A stretch of DNA of 64,000 nt from Octopus vulgaris (Eukaryota), in contig OX597834.1 in the NCBI GenBank assembly GCA_951406725.2, positions 23,436,001 through 23,500,000 of the forward strand. Direction: 5' to 3'. The notes under the pieces are model-generated. The model was not told the DNA's origin. It was given only the letters and a program-made list of their open reading frames with translations, and ran no database searches. The position numbers and the translations under genes are program-made. Below, in pieces: positions 12,105 to 26,514 of this stretch. Positions within the stretch are counted from its first letter, which is position 1, and the number at the start of each line of letters is the position of its first letter.

Positions 12105-13507
12105 GTCTAGACAAACATAAACACACACACACACACGCAGATACACACACACACACACACACACAGAGCACATACAGATACACACACACACAGCACATAC
12201 AGATACACACACACAGCACATACAGATACACACACACACAGCACATACAGATACACACACACACACAAACACAGATACACACACACACAACACATACAGA
12301 TACACACACACACACACCAACAAACACATGCAAAAACACACACACATCACTGATCTGCTGGATCAGGGAGGACCTGGAGTTTAACAACAAAAAACAATAA
12401 CAACATCAATGAAGAAGAACAGCTGCAACACCATGACCACCACCTACAATAGGAACAACATATATCAACTTGCAAAAAACAGCAGGTAAATCCTCCTCAG
12501 ATCACGAACAGTATGTATGGAATAATAATTATTATACCTACCCCAAAATGACGGGGCAGTCATGGCTGGATCACCTTCGTTAAGAGCTGCAGACCTAGGG
12601 CTGAACAACAATAACAACAACCACACCAAAAGTGTCATCTTCACACAGAGACACACAGACAGACAACAGTGAAATATGAATTTCCTTGCTATAGATATTG
12701 ATTGGTAAGATCCTAATCCAGCCTAAAAGCCCACCCCATTGTCTGCCCTCTGCCCCTCCTGGGGTCGCTCGAAAGAACAATGATGACAACTGTTAGGAAA
12801 GCATGAACAAAGCTTCTGTTGTTTCTGTCACAATAATTATCTGAGAAAATATTTATTTTAATGGTGACCCTGCCTCGTTTTCCCTGCAGTTAATTAGTCT
12901 GTAATTATTGGTTAATAGAGCTTCTCATTCAGTTTCAGAGTGAGTGGTTGGTCTGCGTTCATTAACATTAAATAAAAACAAAAACAAATAACCTAGCCCA
13001 TTGTTGCAGGTTACAAATGGCTGCTGATATAACGAGGGAGGTGGGTGGGTGGAACAGACAAAAGAAAATAGATTTGGCATTCAACAAACGTGGGTAACGC
13101 AGTTGTATTACAATGGCCTTAAGGGCCTGAAACTTCAAAGTCACTGTCAATGATATTCTTGTTTAAGGGCAATAAATTTGTTCTCTATAAAAGCATAGAA
13201 TAACCCATCAGATTAATGTAAAATAGCTTGTAGTATAACTGAACATAACAATGATGATAATGATGATGATGATATGCGTGTGTATGTGTGAAATATAACC
13301 TATCTTGAATGGCACAACAACATAGATTAGACTCAAATAACTGTTATAATTTAAATATTCATAGTCTGATATAATATTTTGGAATATAAAAATTCCTTCT
13401 TCAGATATTGCCAGGAATTAATCGAGTCACTTCTATAGCAGTTATATTCTACAAACAATGCACAATACTTCCAGCAAACTACAATACTCTACTCTCTCTC
13501 TCTCCCT

Positions 13508-13576
<69 letters not shown>

Positions 13577-13663
13577 GAACACACACACACACACATATGC
13601 ATATAAATATACTTATACCAGACAAAATATAAGTATTTTTTCAAAATCAAACAATATCATTTA

Positions 13664-14200
13664 GTTTATGGCTGGGGGATAAGTTTCTTCAGCGTATCTG
13701 TCCCCAACTTCTCCCATGGCTTCGAGATGGTTCTGGAACCCAGCGTGGGCATTCGTCGCTGTGTTTCTGGGAAGATCTTCAAACACCTTCCTTTAACTTG
13801 GCCACTAATTCCATCTTCGTGTTGCAAGCAGAACAGTTGGTGATTTTCTCCAGCACATCCCACGTATATAGTAATCCATGGAATTACAATTATGTGGGTG
13901 ATGGGTGGATTAGGAGGTCAGAAATTAAGATTGGTGGAGTCATAGAAATTCTCCAACTACCGCATCTATTTTTAGATGTATGGCAAAAAACCAAATCCTG
14001 CTGCCACACATATGATCTTCCAGCAGCAACCCTTTCCAGCCAGGAGCTGACCACAGTCTGCATTAGTTTCCCATAGCTGTCTGAATTGAGGCTAATGCCC
14101 AGTTCAAAGATCTGGAGTTGAACTCTGATGCATGGATACAGTCAGAACACCTGTTGTGTTCCTTCCTGTTGGCTATGGCTTCATAGTCTTTATTACAGCT
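13664..14200 (-). mobile_element. maT/DD37D Tc1-mariner transposase remnant
   Basis: Minus strand RVAAGRSYVWQQD..MDYY.W; same family as 55480-55850. Confidence 0.7.
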
Positions 14201-15212
14201 GTCCATGTTAGCAATTCTCACCTGTTTCCAAGTAAGGTAATATTTACCTGTGGCCAGACATGTTTCACATAAGATCTAAATATACATGGTACTGTCAGTA
14301 TGATGGTGACACCTGTTTAGAACTATCATGTGATCTCAAGAGAGTCCCTACATGGCCTCTACAACTTGATGACCTTCCTAACACCAATCACTTCACAGAG
14401 TGTAACGTCTGCATGGAAAACACATGTGCATGATAATTATGAACAGGTGTGAACACATACACACATACACTATATATATATATATTCATATGGAGCAATC
14501 TTGAGCATAACCAGCCGAAATTACAAAGATAATCTGGAACTCAATTGAGGATAGAAAACTCTGAATGACTCGTCCTTGTTTTCTTTGTATCGTCTGTCTG
14601 GATGTTTTGCACTCTTGTCCCATTTTTGTATTTTTCATATCTATATCTATATCTATATCTATATTTATATATGTTTAATGTATTTATCAGTAATAGAAAA
14701 TTCAACAAAAAAATACTCCATCTGCAAAGAATTCAAATATGAACATGGAAAGTGCACATTCTAGTTTAGAGAAAATGACGCAATGAGCTTTCGCTGTTGT
14801 AACTGTTAAGAGAAAAAAAAAAGGAAGTTGAAAGGAAGATAATACTTAGACGAAAATTCTTTTTGTGTTTGTGCTTAGACACATATATACATACCCAGGG
14901 ATATATATGTATGCACATATAGATATGCATTCACACATGCACATTCAAGTATATGGGCATATACATACAACTAGATACACGCGCATACGCACACATATGG
15001 ACAATCATATACATATATATATGTATAGGAACACATATACACAGGTAGACACATAAATATACTTACATAGCATAGATGAATATGTGCATAGATTGATACG
15101 TAAAGCAAGATACACATGTCTGTGCAAAGCTTGACACACACATGGGTTAATACACTCACATATATACACATAAGTAAATATATATATATACACATTCCAT
15201 CTATTTTATTAA

Positions 15213-15248
<36 letters not shown>

Positions 15249-15319
15249 TATTTTATTTAATCAGACAGCTGTTTCTGTTGCAAAAGACCATATTTCAGCT
15301 CCTTGTTTTTTCTGTGTCC

Positions 15320-15448
15320 CTTTCTGTAGAAGAGCGTAGGCTCGAAACGTAAAAGACTTTTTCTGTTCCTGAGCGTTATACTAATACATCTGTTTGTTTT
15401 GTACACCACCTGTCTTCGTCTTTTGTTTTTTTTTTGTAAACTCTCCCT
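15320..15448 (+). mobile_element. Short repeat with hammerhead-like motif ending at (TA)n (copies about 2150-2290, 16020-16140, 51110-51210)
   Basis: cttt CTGTAGA A GAGC gtag GCTC GAAA CG TA aaag, then a T-rich tail. Confidence 0.6.
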
Positions 15449-15624
15449 ATATATATATATAGGCGTAGGAGTGGTTATGTGGTAAGTAGCTTGCTTACGA
15501 ACCACATGGTTCCAGGTTCAGTCCTACTGTGTGGAACCTTGGGCAAGTGTCTTCTACTATAGCCTTGGGCCGACCAAAGCCTTGTGAGTGGATTTGGTAG
15601 ACGGAAACTGAAAGAAGCCCGTCG

Positions 15625-15657
<33 letters not shown>

Positions 15658-15905
15658 TTGTGCATCTGTGTTTGTCCCCCCAACATCGCTTGACAACCGA
15701 TGCTGATGTGTTTGCGTCCCTGTAACTTAGCGGTTCGGCAAAAGAGACCAATAGAATAAGTACTAGGCTTACAAAGTATAAGTCCTGGGGTCAATTTGCT
15801 TGACTAAAGGCGGTTCTCCAGCATGGCCACAGTCAAATGACTGAAACAAAGTAAAAGAGTATATATATATATATATATATATACACATACATACATACAC
15901 AGGTG

Positions 15906-15952
15906 GTATCTGATGAGATGGATGCATCTTGTGCATCCACAAAACTGTCATA
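15906..15952 (+). ncRNA. Hammerhead-like motif, one core substitution
   Basis: tat CTGATGA g a tggatgca tcttg tgcatcca c AAAAC T GTC ata. G12 is A, consistent with CpG decay. Confidence 0.55.
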
Positions 15953-17787
15953 TGGAGCTGAGTTATACTGTTATTAATACATACATATATATGTGTGTGT
16001 GTCTGTGTGTTTTCTCTCTTCATTCCTTCCCTTGGAAGAGCATAGGCTTGAAATGTCAAAGCCTCTTCAATTTTTCCCGAGCATCATTTTTCCTTGCTTG
16101 TTGTGCCCCTCACCTCTTTTCGTCTTTTGGTACAGTTTTGAAACACACACACACACAAACACATACACGCATACGTATACGTGTGTGTGTGTGTGTGTGA
16201 AACACATTAAAATTCTTGTTTCATTTTGGTTCCTCTGAAAATTCGACATTTATTATTCCATCACTCAACACGATGCATTGCTTGCAACATATAATATTTA
16301 GTATTGACTAATGACTGAAGAAAGGGGTGACACAATGATTATTGTATTTACTTCAGATGCAACATTTAATATTTAGTACTGACTAATGACTGAAGGTGCA
16401 CAAAGCCAATGAGTAAAGATTGTTGTACTTACTCAGGATGGAGCATTTAATAGCATTGAGAAAATAAATACCTGTAACAACAACAACAAGCAAACCACTC
16501 ATAATCTAACCCCTCTACAACTCACAAAGGGGCCACACATAATTCAACCACCCCAATAGGCCTAATACACTTAGATACCCATAGATACACACACACACAT
16601 CCAATATGCACACACTCTCTCTCCAATGCGTGCGCACACACACACACATCCAATATGCACACACTCTCTCTCCAATGCGTGTGCACACACACACACACAC
16701 ACACAAAACATCTGCACAGACACATATAGACACTTAATACACACTCCCTATCATACACACAAAACAAACACACACACACACATTTTCCATCACTCACACC
16801 CAACACACACACATATACTCTCCATCACACACACACATGCACACACATATACACATACATGCACACACACAAAACATATGCACAGACACATATAGATACT
16901 TAACACACACTCTATTATACATACACACACACACAACAAACACGCACACATACTACAATACGCACACACACACACACATTTTCCATTACACACACCCAAC
17001 ACACACATATACACTCCATCATGCACACACACACATGCACACATAATGCACAAACACACACATGCACATACATGCACAAACACACATGCATACACACACC
17101 CAACACACACACATATGCACCAATAAATTTGCACAAAACCCTGGAAATGCTCAGTTTCACAGAGAAAGAAGAAAAGAAATTGATGTCACTACTCTAATTC
17201 CAATCTATTAGTGACATGGTGAAGACTTGTAAGAGACATTCCAGAAATTCTCCATCTGAGATTCTTATGTGAATCAACGTATGTATGCTTGGGTGTGTGT
17301 GTGCATTGTCAGTACAACCCACACACCAACTCAACCACAGATTCACAAACACCAGGAAGTCTCTGAATTGAAAAAGTCTTGTTATTTTATTAGTGACTCG
17401 CTTGAACCCTCCCGAGAAGAACTTAGATAAAACTCAAAGAAAAGTTGTACATACGTGTTCACACAAGTGCACACAACTCATACATGCACATGCAAAAATG
17501 TCTGCACACACACACACACATACATGCAAAAATACACATGCACACACACACAAACACAAACATGCATGCAAAAATATACATGCACATGCTAATGCATGCA
17601 ATAAAAACAAAAGCAAGCTGCCAGCCCCCCACACACACACACACACACCTCCACCATACTCACAACAAAAACAAAACAACAGAAAACAAAAACAGAGAGT
17701 TAGTTTCTAGTGTGAACTAAAAAGGGAGAGTGAAGTCCATGCTGGAGCAAGGCAGCAAGAGGGTGATAAGAATGTGTAATATCTTAC

Positions 17788-17837
17788 ACGTTGAACAATC
17801 TATGTCGTAGACCTGTTAAATAATTCCTGTCAAATAC
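17788..17837 (-). other. Putative 50-nt upstream (probably 5' UTR) exon of the SLC35A gene
   Basis: Non-repetitive island with acceptor ttttctcatatttccAG and donor GTAAGA on the gene's strand. It has an in-frame stop if spliced directly to 9672. Confidence 0.35.
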
Positions 17838-18142
17838 CTGGAAATATGAGAAAAACACACAAATTATTCATTTTATTCAATTTGTATTTCCCTACATTTT
17901 TTGAACTGAGTTAGAAAAATAATGATTGATTTTTTTTTCTTTTACACAACAGATGGAATTTAAATGAATTCATATTCCAATGGTTGTCTCTCCTACATTT
18001 CTTGACTAGAATTAATTATAAAGCTAATGACTGGTCCATCATGCAGTGGTTGTAATTTAAATGAATGTATAGTTCAGAGGTTGTTCAGCCAACAACATTT
18101 CTTGAGTCTTTAGAGCAATTCTGTATTGTTCATAATACTTGA

Positions 18143-18184
18143 GGTTGTCTGATGATTGATTACATGAAACTCCGAGTAACAGTT
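18143..18184 (+). ncRNA. Minimal type I hammerhead ribozyme candidate with intact core
   Basis: ggttgt CTGATGA ttgattacat GAAA CTCCGAG TA acagtt. Helix I and III pair; helix II is very short. Confidence 0.7.
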
Positions 18185-19010
18185 TTTAAAGTCCTTTTGG
18201 TTTCAATAAATTATCATTCACTCTAATTACTACTTTTCCCACCTTGTTTTGCACTATACAGACAATTACATGTGAGTGTGTATGTGTGTGTGTGCATGTG
18301 CATATATATATATATTTATATATACCAATTAAAATTGATTATATAATATACTGTTCCTTAGTCATTAATTTAATTTTATATCACACTCTGTACTCGACCA
18401 AGGCTTTATTCTGAAGCATGTGTATATTGAGTTCTAAAACCAGGTTATTAGTATCACTATGTGTAAGTGAAATATGTGTGTGTGTGTGTGTGTGTGTGTT
18501 TATGATACACACATATATATATATCCAAACAAAACATGAGAAATTGTTTATAAAATATTTAGTTGCATTGTCTTTTGTATCGTTTACAGAAGGTGATTAT
18601 TAATTCCAAATAGTAAATTACTTGGACAAGAGATAAGTAACTTTTTTATATATAGTGTTATTGAGTTGAAAAGACAGAATCAACCACTGTGGTGTTACAT
18701 ACAATTGTTACACTTCTCTGATGATTTGACAATAAGTCTTGATTATGATGTTTACATTATGTAACTAAGAATTAATGCTTTGTTAATGAATGATACGTAA
18801 GTTGGTGCAACTAAAGATCTTATAAACAATCTCTTGCATTTTGTTTATTTCTCAAATATTCTCTGTGTAACACTGGAACCCAGATTTAATAACAAACATA
18901 CAATTACATGATAAACATGTTACCAGTTCAAATATGTTTCAGAAATATTCAAACCTGCAAGAAGGCCATTCCCTGTACTTTTGCCATGGAAAAAAATTCT
19001 CACTGCAAAT

Positions 19011-19366
19011 CAGTAGTTTTCAACCAGGGTCCATATAACCCTTTTGGGTCCATGTGGCCCTTAAAGGTCCATGTTGTTGTTGAAATTTATCTGCAATAAC
19101 TTACTTATATTTCTATAATGCACAAAATATTTTAACACTTTTTAATACAATTTCTAATAATATTTACTTATAAAAATATAACAGGCTTTTTTTAAACATT
19201 GAATGGTTAAGAGAGTCCACTTAAATAAAATAGAAATCAAAGGGGTCCATAGGCAAAATATGGTTGGGGAACTATTGGGTTCAAGACCCTTGAATAGCTG
19301 TGTGCGTCCACCCAGATAAAATAGGAACCAAAGTGGTCAATGGTTGAAAATGGTTGGAAACCACTG
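19011..19366. mobile_element. Degenerate hAT-like MITE
   Basis: cagtagttttcaacc ... ggttggaaaccactg terminal inverted repeats. Confidence 0.45.
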
Positions 19367-20708
19367 CTGCAGTCAAAAAAGGTGTAAACATTTCAGGTCG
19401 GTTCAGAGCGCCCTCTGTCCAGATCAATGGATGCATACATTTCAAAATAATTGTCTGCTCATCAACAGCGAGCACTGGGAAGGGAGGCAACTCTGAACTG
19501 ACTAAGAGGCTAGGTCTCGCTTGTTAGATCCCAATTAGAATACTTTTAACTGATTTAGTTAATCAGCTGGCCAGCCACAGTAAATACAGATTAGAAGTAT
19601 TAAATAGTGATTTCTATAAAGTTATAACAGTTTGAATATATTTGCGACATATTCAAACTTGTAAGAATGTTCAAATCTATCTTAGCCATATTTAAACTGT
19701 AACAAGTTTATATCTTTATAAATCTCTGCTTAATGCTTCTAATCCTTACATTTAAAATGCATGAATAGCCATAGAAACAGAATGAGAAATCCTGGTTGTT
19801 TGTCATATGATTTAAGGTTTAAATTACACTGGATGTATATAGAGACACACACACACTTATATATGTCTATATATCCTTAAATCCTTAAAAATCTTTTAGC
19901 CCGAAGGCCGCGGCCATGCTGGGGCATATGTCTATATATATAAAATCATATACACATGCACTCACACACGTATATATACACAGACATACACACACACGCA
20001 TATATATATATATATATATCCACATATACAAACATACACAGATACATACACACACACACACACACACACATATCAAGTACTACTCAGGTTTTTAATGAGT
20101 TCTTTCCTACCATCAGCCTACCACCACTACCACTACCATTACACTACAACACCACTACTACTGCTGCCACCACCACCACCACAACCACCACACCCTCCTA
20201 CTCTAGCTAAATTACTGAAGCCATTCTTCCCCCCCCCCCCCGCCCCTTGCCACTGTAATATGTTTATAATACTAAGTCATTTTCTGCTTTTGTCATTAAT
20301 TACATTTCTATTGAATTAATTAAATTAACTTTAATTACACTAAGATCCGAGAAAGCACAGCAAAAGTGAAAAATTATTTGGAACAAAAGGAAGTTTTGTT
20401 TAAAATGGAAATATTAAGGTTTTTTCGAATCCGGGGGGGGGGGGGCAGGGAGGCCACTGGCGACCAGCAGCACATGCCCCCCCCCCCACCTTTCCTCTCC
20501 TCCACCTGACCTGAGTCTGTTCCATTACCAATAGTGACAGGAAACTGGGTTTATAGCCAGGGGGTTGTTGTTGGTGGTGGTGGTGTTTGTATGTGTGTGT
20601 AAGAATGTTTCTGTGGTGAATGAATACAGGTGTTTGTGTGTGTGCGTGTGTATGTGTGTGTATCTACCTAATCAGTTAGGGGTGTGTGTGAGTGGTATTT
20701 GTATAAAA

Positions 20709-20743
<35 letters not shown>

Positions 20744-21148
20744 AGTGTTCTGTTAAGAGTGTTATACATAAGTTTGTATGTGTATTCAAATGGCTAAATG
20801 TGTGTGTGTGTGTATGTGTAAATTTCTAGTGTGTGCATGTGACGTGGTGAGGTCAGAAAATTTTTTGGTATTATTTATTGACCATTACACATGTTTCATT
20901 TACTAATGGGAGTTACAAAATAGTAAATGTTGGATAAACAAGTAAGAATTCTTCAACTGGAAATTCTTCAGACGCAGAATCAAAATAATACAAAATTTAC
21001 ATTCCGATGAGACGTCAATGCATAGTAATCAGGAATCTTATAAACAGAGAATGAAGAGCAAATCTAGCAGTAAAGAAGAAATTAGATATATACATCCACC
21101 CATACGTATACACATACACACACAAAGCACACTCACACACACACACAT

Positions 21149-21200
<52 letters not shown>

Positions 21201-21331
21201 ACACACAGAGTCACAATGAGGATATTTCAACCTCCTATACGGATATTTATCCAATATACACTGGTTTAATATATCAAATTTTTAAAGAAATAATTCTTCA
21301 ATGAATATATTATATATCAAGCATTTTTATT

Positions 21332-22239
21332 GAGTTAGGAAACAGAGAGAGCTAATGGATACAAATTAATTTATTAATTAATCAACATATTCACCAACAA
21401 TTGTTTCGTTTCACAAATAAGATTAAAAATACAAAACATACATAGATATATATGTTCGTCGGATGACATGCTGTACTTGAGGGGGCCTATTGAGTCAAGT
21501 ACATCAAAATCAAAATCAAATCAAACCACAATCAAATGGAAATTGTAGTTGTGGCTGATGCCAGTGCTGCCTCCCATGCTGGTGGCACACAATAAGCACC
21601 ATTCATGCACCAGTCATTACCAGTGTCGCCTGACTGGCTCCCCATCCTGGTGGCACGTAAAAAGCACCATCTAAATGTGGTCGATGCCATACCCCTTGCC
21701 CTGACTGGCCTCTGTAAAACACACTATCTGAATGTGGCCGATGCCAGAGTCACCTGACTGGCTCCCCTGCTGGCGACATGTAAAACGCACTATCCAAACC
21801 TGGTCGATGCCAGCCCTCTCACCCCATCTAACTCCTGTGCCGGTGGCATGTAAAAAGCACCCACTACACTCTCAGAGTGGTTGGCATTAGGAAGGGCATC
21901 CAGCTGTAGAAACATTGCCAGATCAGATTGGAGCCTGGTGGAGCCTCCTGGCTTATCAGACCCTAGTTGAACCATTCAACCCATGCCAGCATGGAAAACA
22001 GATGTCAAACGATGATGATGATGATGATGATTCTGTATATTCTGAATGTATCCTAATGTAATCCTTATTGTCCTTCTGAACACCCTGATGATCTCCTTAT
22101 AAGGTATTTTAAAATGCAAAATTATATATTTATGTTTTGTAGTCTTAATCTTGTTTGTGAAATGAAACAATTGTTTGTGAATATGTTAATTAATTAATGT
22201 ATTAATTTGTATGCATTAGATCTCTCTGTTTTTCTAACT

Positions 22240-22240
<1 letters not shown>
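21332..22240. mobile_element. Fold-back element with hammerhead, interrupted by an RTE 3' fragment (about 21456-22030)
   Basis: Inverted arms about 21332-21445 and 22125-22240. cacc CTGATGA (22085)..GAAAC AATT GTT (22164-22175). The left arm retains ggtg for helix I. Confidence 0.7.
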
Positions 22241-22277
<37 letters not shown>

Positions 22278-22490
22278 GTGGGTGCTGAAAAGTTGCTGGC
22301 TTTGAGTAAAAGAGAATTCAGGAAGATCAGTTAATTATGATTTTATTTAATACATTTCCCTCTCAGATTCATGCATTTATTGCAGTGGTCCTCCAGTTTT
22401 TCTAAGCCCTGTGCAAGAACTTGGAAGGCTGGGCCTCCAGTCAGGTCTTTCACGGCACCCTTAAATCCAGGAACTTCTCCTCATGTGTGT

Positions 22491-22525
<35 letters not shown>

Positions 22526-24620
22526 CTCTCTTATACTTGTTTCAGTCATTTGACTGTGGCCATGCTAGAGCACCGCATATATATACATACACACACACAT
22601 ATATATATGTGCATACACACACATACATAGAACTTCCTGTTTTGATATATATATACATATATAGTAACTCTGCAAACAATATTTCCAGAATTTTCAACTC
22701 TAATACATATCTCACATCAATACAACAATGACAACAACATTTATATACTGGAATAAGGTGACATACTTCAAGAGGACATGGCTTGGATTTTTCCTACCTA
22801 CATAATATCTATAATTATAAAGGGAGAGAGGAAGAATGAGAGAGAGAGAAGGGGGAACAGGCAGCTACATGACTGTTGTTGGTCAAGAGATTGAATAGAA
22901 ACGATATATTGGAAAAGAGGCAAAGTGAAGGGAAAAGGAGAGAATGAGAGAAGAGAGAGAGAGTGAAAGAGCAATGAGAGAAAGAGAGTGCTGAGTGAAA
23001 GAGAGGCAGAAGGGGAGATAGAGTGTTGTATGACAACAGTGAGTGAGTAAAGAAGCAGTAATGTGAGAGAGAGAGATAATAGTAATCAAGATGAGTGATG
23101 GTAAGAGAGTGAGAAGGAGGAGTAGTGATGGTTATCAAAAATGAGTGATGGTGGAGGGTTGAGTGGTGAGAGAGAGAGAAAGAGGGAGAGAAAGAGAGAG
23201 GTAGGTATGACTAGCAATAATGATAAAGCTTGATTGAAGAGGTTGACAACCCATGCACTGCTATCCATCATACCTCCCAAAACTCACAGAACAATGGGAA
23301 AGAGAAAGAGTGGTTGTATAGAGGCACTTTGAAAGTTGTGAGGGGAGTGTTGATGATTGAGTAACAAAGAATGTAGAAGAAAGGCAAACAAAAAACAGTA
23401 TTAAAAACTCTTTGTTCAGGTGTTGTCAGCCACAAATTTATTTATAGTAAATTTATTGGGTTCTTTTGTATTTATATATATATATATACAATGGCATGTT
23501 TACATTATTTTATAAACACTTGGATAATGGTAGCCATACAATCTTAACAAAAGATTGTGTTTGAGTTGCCAAATATTTTTATTGATTTGGTCCCTTTGTT
23601 TCCTTTGGGAATGAATGGCAGAAAATATTTTTTTGTTAAATATGAGGTTAACAGGTTACCATCCTGAGTCACAATGATGACAATGGATACCATGACAATA
23701 ATTTCAGGCAGCAGGAAATCTACTGGAAGGGGCTTCATAGCATGGGGAACCTGTTTCTATCTCAGCTGAAGTAAACCAGCTCTTGGGGAAAGTGGGTCAA
23801 TTGAGTAACTGAGACACTTCAAATCTCTTAAACATAATAATAATAGTAATAATAATAATAATAATAATAAAAGCCCTGGTGCAGTACCAGGCAGTGGCTC
23901 TCATGGCTTCTCATCTTATTATGTACATATTTCAATTTGGTATAAAAGATGGGTTACAGCTAATATTCTGCTCAAAACCACAAATTTTCTTGTTAGTTGT
24001 TACTTGTTAACCAGTTGAGCATGTCCCTTAGTGGTTGATGATATGTGAGGGAGCATCATAGTCATGTGTTGAGAGGAATACTTTGAGGTTTGGATAATTC
24101 ACCAATGAAAACATGGGTGTTTTGTCCAACGTCCTTAAACAACCCTTATTCAGGGACCTTTTGAGTGGGATGGGCTACTCGACCAGAAGAAAATTCTAAC
24201 TGGGCCCCACTTGCAAGGCCATGCACTGTTAATATTGATATCAGATCATCATGCTGTGCATATATGGTTGTGATGCATGTACCTGGTATACCCTTATCAG
24301 ACGTGTAGTGATGATGCGTATACTGGGCTTTGTATATTTTACTCCAGTGTCACTTTGATGGCATGCACTGCTTTCTCACTCAATAATGGTAATATATAAA
24401 TACACACACGTTATTTATATTTATAAATGATGAGAAAACATGGCCTAGTGGTTTGGGTATTGTATTTATGATTGTGAGATTGTGGTTTCAATTCCTGGAC
24501 CAAGCAGTGTGTTGTGTTCTTGAGAAAAACACTTCATCTCACATTGCTCAGCAATCACCTTGAAATATATTTGGTGTGTGGAACCCTCACCTGTCATCTA
24601 TGACAAGAAAATTCATTGTC

Positions 24621-24658
<38 letters not shown>

Positions 24659-24663
<5 letters not shown>

Positions 24664-25115
24664 GAAAGAAGGTTTGAAAATGCAATTTAAAAAATGTTTA
24701 TTTACTTAACCGGTTTCACTCTTTGGAAAAAGATTGTCAAAAGTAACATATGGAAGTTTGGTTGCGTTAATTATTGGTTGTTGCAAATTGCCACATTACA
24801 TGTATATATACAGTCTTTGGTAACAGGGACATGTTAAGGACATAAAAAAGTACAACAGTATGATGAGAATATTTGAAAAAATGGGCAGAAAAGATTAAAA
24901 CAAATATATTATTCATCTCAGGGTAATTTCCAGGAGGAAATATCAAAAAAAGTTCAGTACAGAATATTTTGAATTCGTAATACATATGTTACTTTTGACA
25001 ATCTTTTTCCAAAGAGTGAAACCGGTTAAGTAAATAAACATCTTTTAAATTGCATTTTCAAACCTTCTTTTGTATATAATTCCACTCGTGCGATACCCCA
25101 CAACTCAACTTTGTT
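24659..25115. mobile_element. Fold-back element in (TA)n with variant hammerhead in both arms
   Basis: 94-bp inverted arms 24659-24752 and 24983-25076 (2 mismatches). ttactt TTGACAA tcttt ttcc aaaga gt GAAA CCGG TT aagtaa. Confidence 0.8.
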
Positions 25116-25118
25116 ATA

Positions 25119-25250
<132 letters not shown>

Positions 25251-26111
25251 CATGGAACGAGATAAATGTAAATTTATTTCGATTTGATAAACAGAAACAG
25301 TTGTAAATGGTTCTGAACTAGAATTAAACTATGGCCTTTTAAAACCAATGATCAACTTCTCATTGTTAATTATTGCTCCATTTCTTTTCTTTTCTCTCTC
25401 TATATATATGTATATACACGTATGTGTGTATGTATACACAAAAACCATAAGAAGTCAGGAGGTATGAGAGGGAAACGTGTGTGTGTGTCATTGTGTTTTC
25501 TCCCTGTCACTATTAGACATCCAGTGTTGGTCTGTTAATATCCAACATAACTTCCTGGTTCAGCAAAAGAGAATAAGTACCAGGCTTAAAAAAAAAGTCC
25601 AGGTGGTGATTTGTTTGACTAAAATCCTTCTAGGTGGTGCCCCAACCTGGCCACACTCCAGTGACTGAAACAATTAAAAGGTAGTAAATAGGTAACCGTG
25701 GAAACACAAACAACCAACCAACAGACAAACAAAGAGTTTTTTTTTTCCTGTTAATAATGGCAATATGGTGGCCAGGAATCTGTAAGGTTTGGCAACTTTG
25801 CTATGGAATGGCTTCCCTGAGTATATTTTGCTGGATTTAAGAAGGGACTTTCTGATATAATGAAGTATATTGTTTCACAATGCAGAGTTTAGGTCCAACT
25901 AAAGTCAGTTTCAGGTTTCTCTGGGAATGGAGAGGGTGAAGGTCAGCCAGGGTGGGGGAGGGAATCCCCACCCCATTCAGATACACACTGGGAGGTGGTG
26001 GGGGTGAGTAGGGGAATTAGGCGAGCTCCATGTCAATTGATGGAAACCCTTCTGTTAGTAAGTTGTAACCTTGAGTGAAGGTTAAAAATAATCATCAGCA
26101 GCCCTCCCCCA

Positions 26112-26145
<34 letters not shown>

Positions 26146-26375
26146 TCTCCCCCCCAACCATCATCACCATCACCATCACCGCCTTCACCACAATGTCAAC
26201 TATTGTTTTTGCTGATGTAATTATGGGGTAAACAGTAAATGATGACCTTGTCTACAGCAGGAGGTGTAGGGGAAGCAGGATGGTGATGAGGTCAACAAAC
26301 AGGAACATCTGTTTGGGTGGGTGGAGGGTGAGGATAGGGACAGGTAGATGCAAAACAGAACCAGTCACATGTATA

Positions 26376-26426
<51 letters not shown>

Positions 26427-26467
26427 ATATATATATATGTATATATATGTGTGTATATATATATATG

Positions 26468-26514
<47 letters not shown>

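Noticed and set aside
11932-12400. Cys/Val- and His/Thr-rich ORFs here and at many other sites (e.g. 16.5-17.7, 33.7, 37.5, 49.2 kb)
   Set aside because: Translations of (CA)n, (TA)n and (GA)n microsatellites.
19588-19745. Degenerate inverted repeat
   Set aside because: Real but too decayed to classify; no ribozyme core or TSD seen.
23544-23738. 64-aa ORF as a host exon
   Set aside because: No recognisable family match or convincing splice pair.
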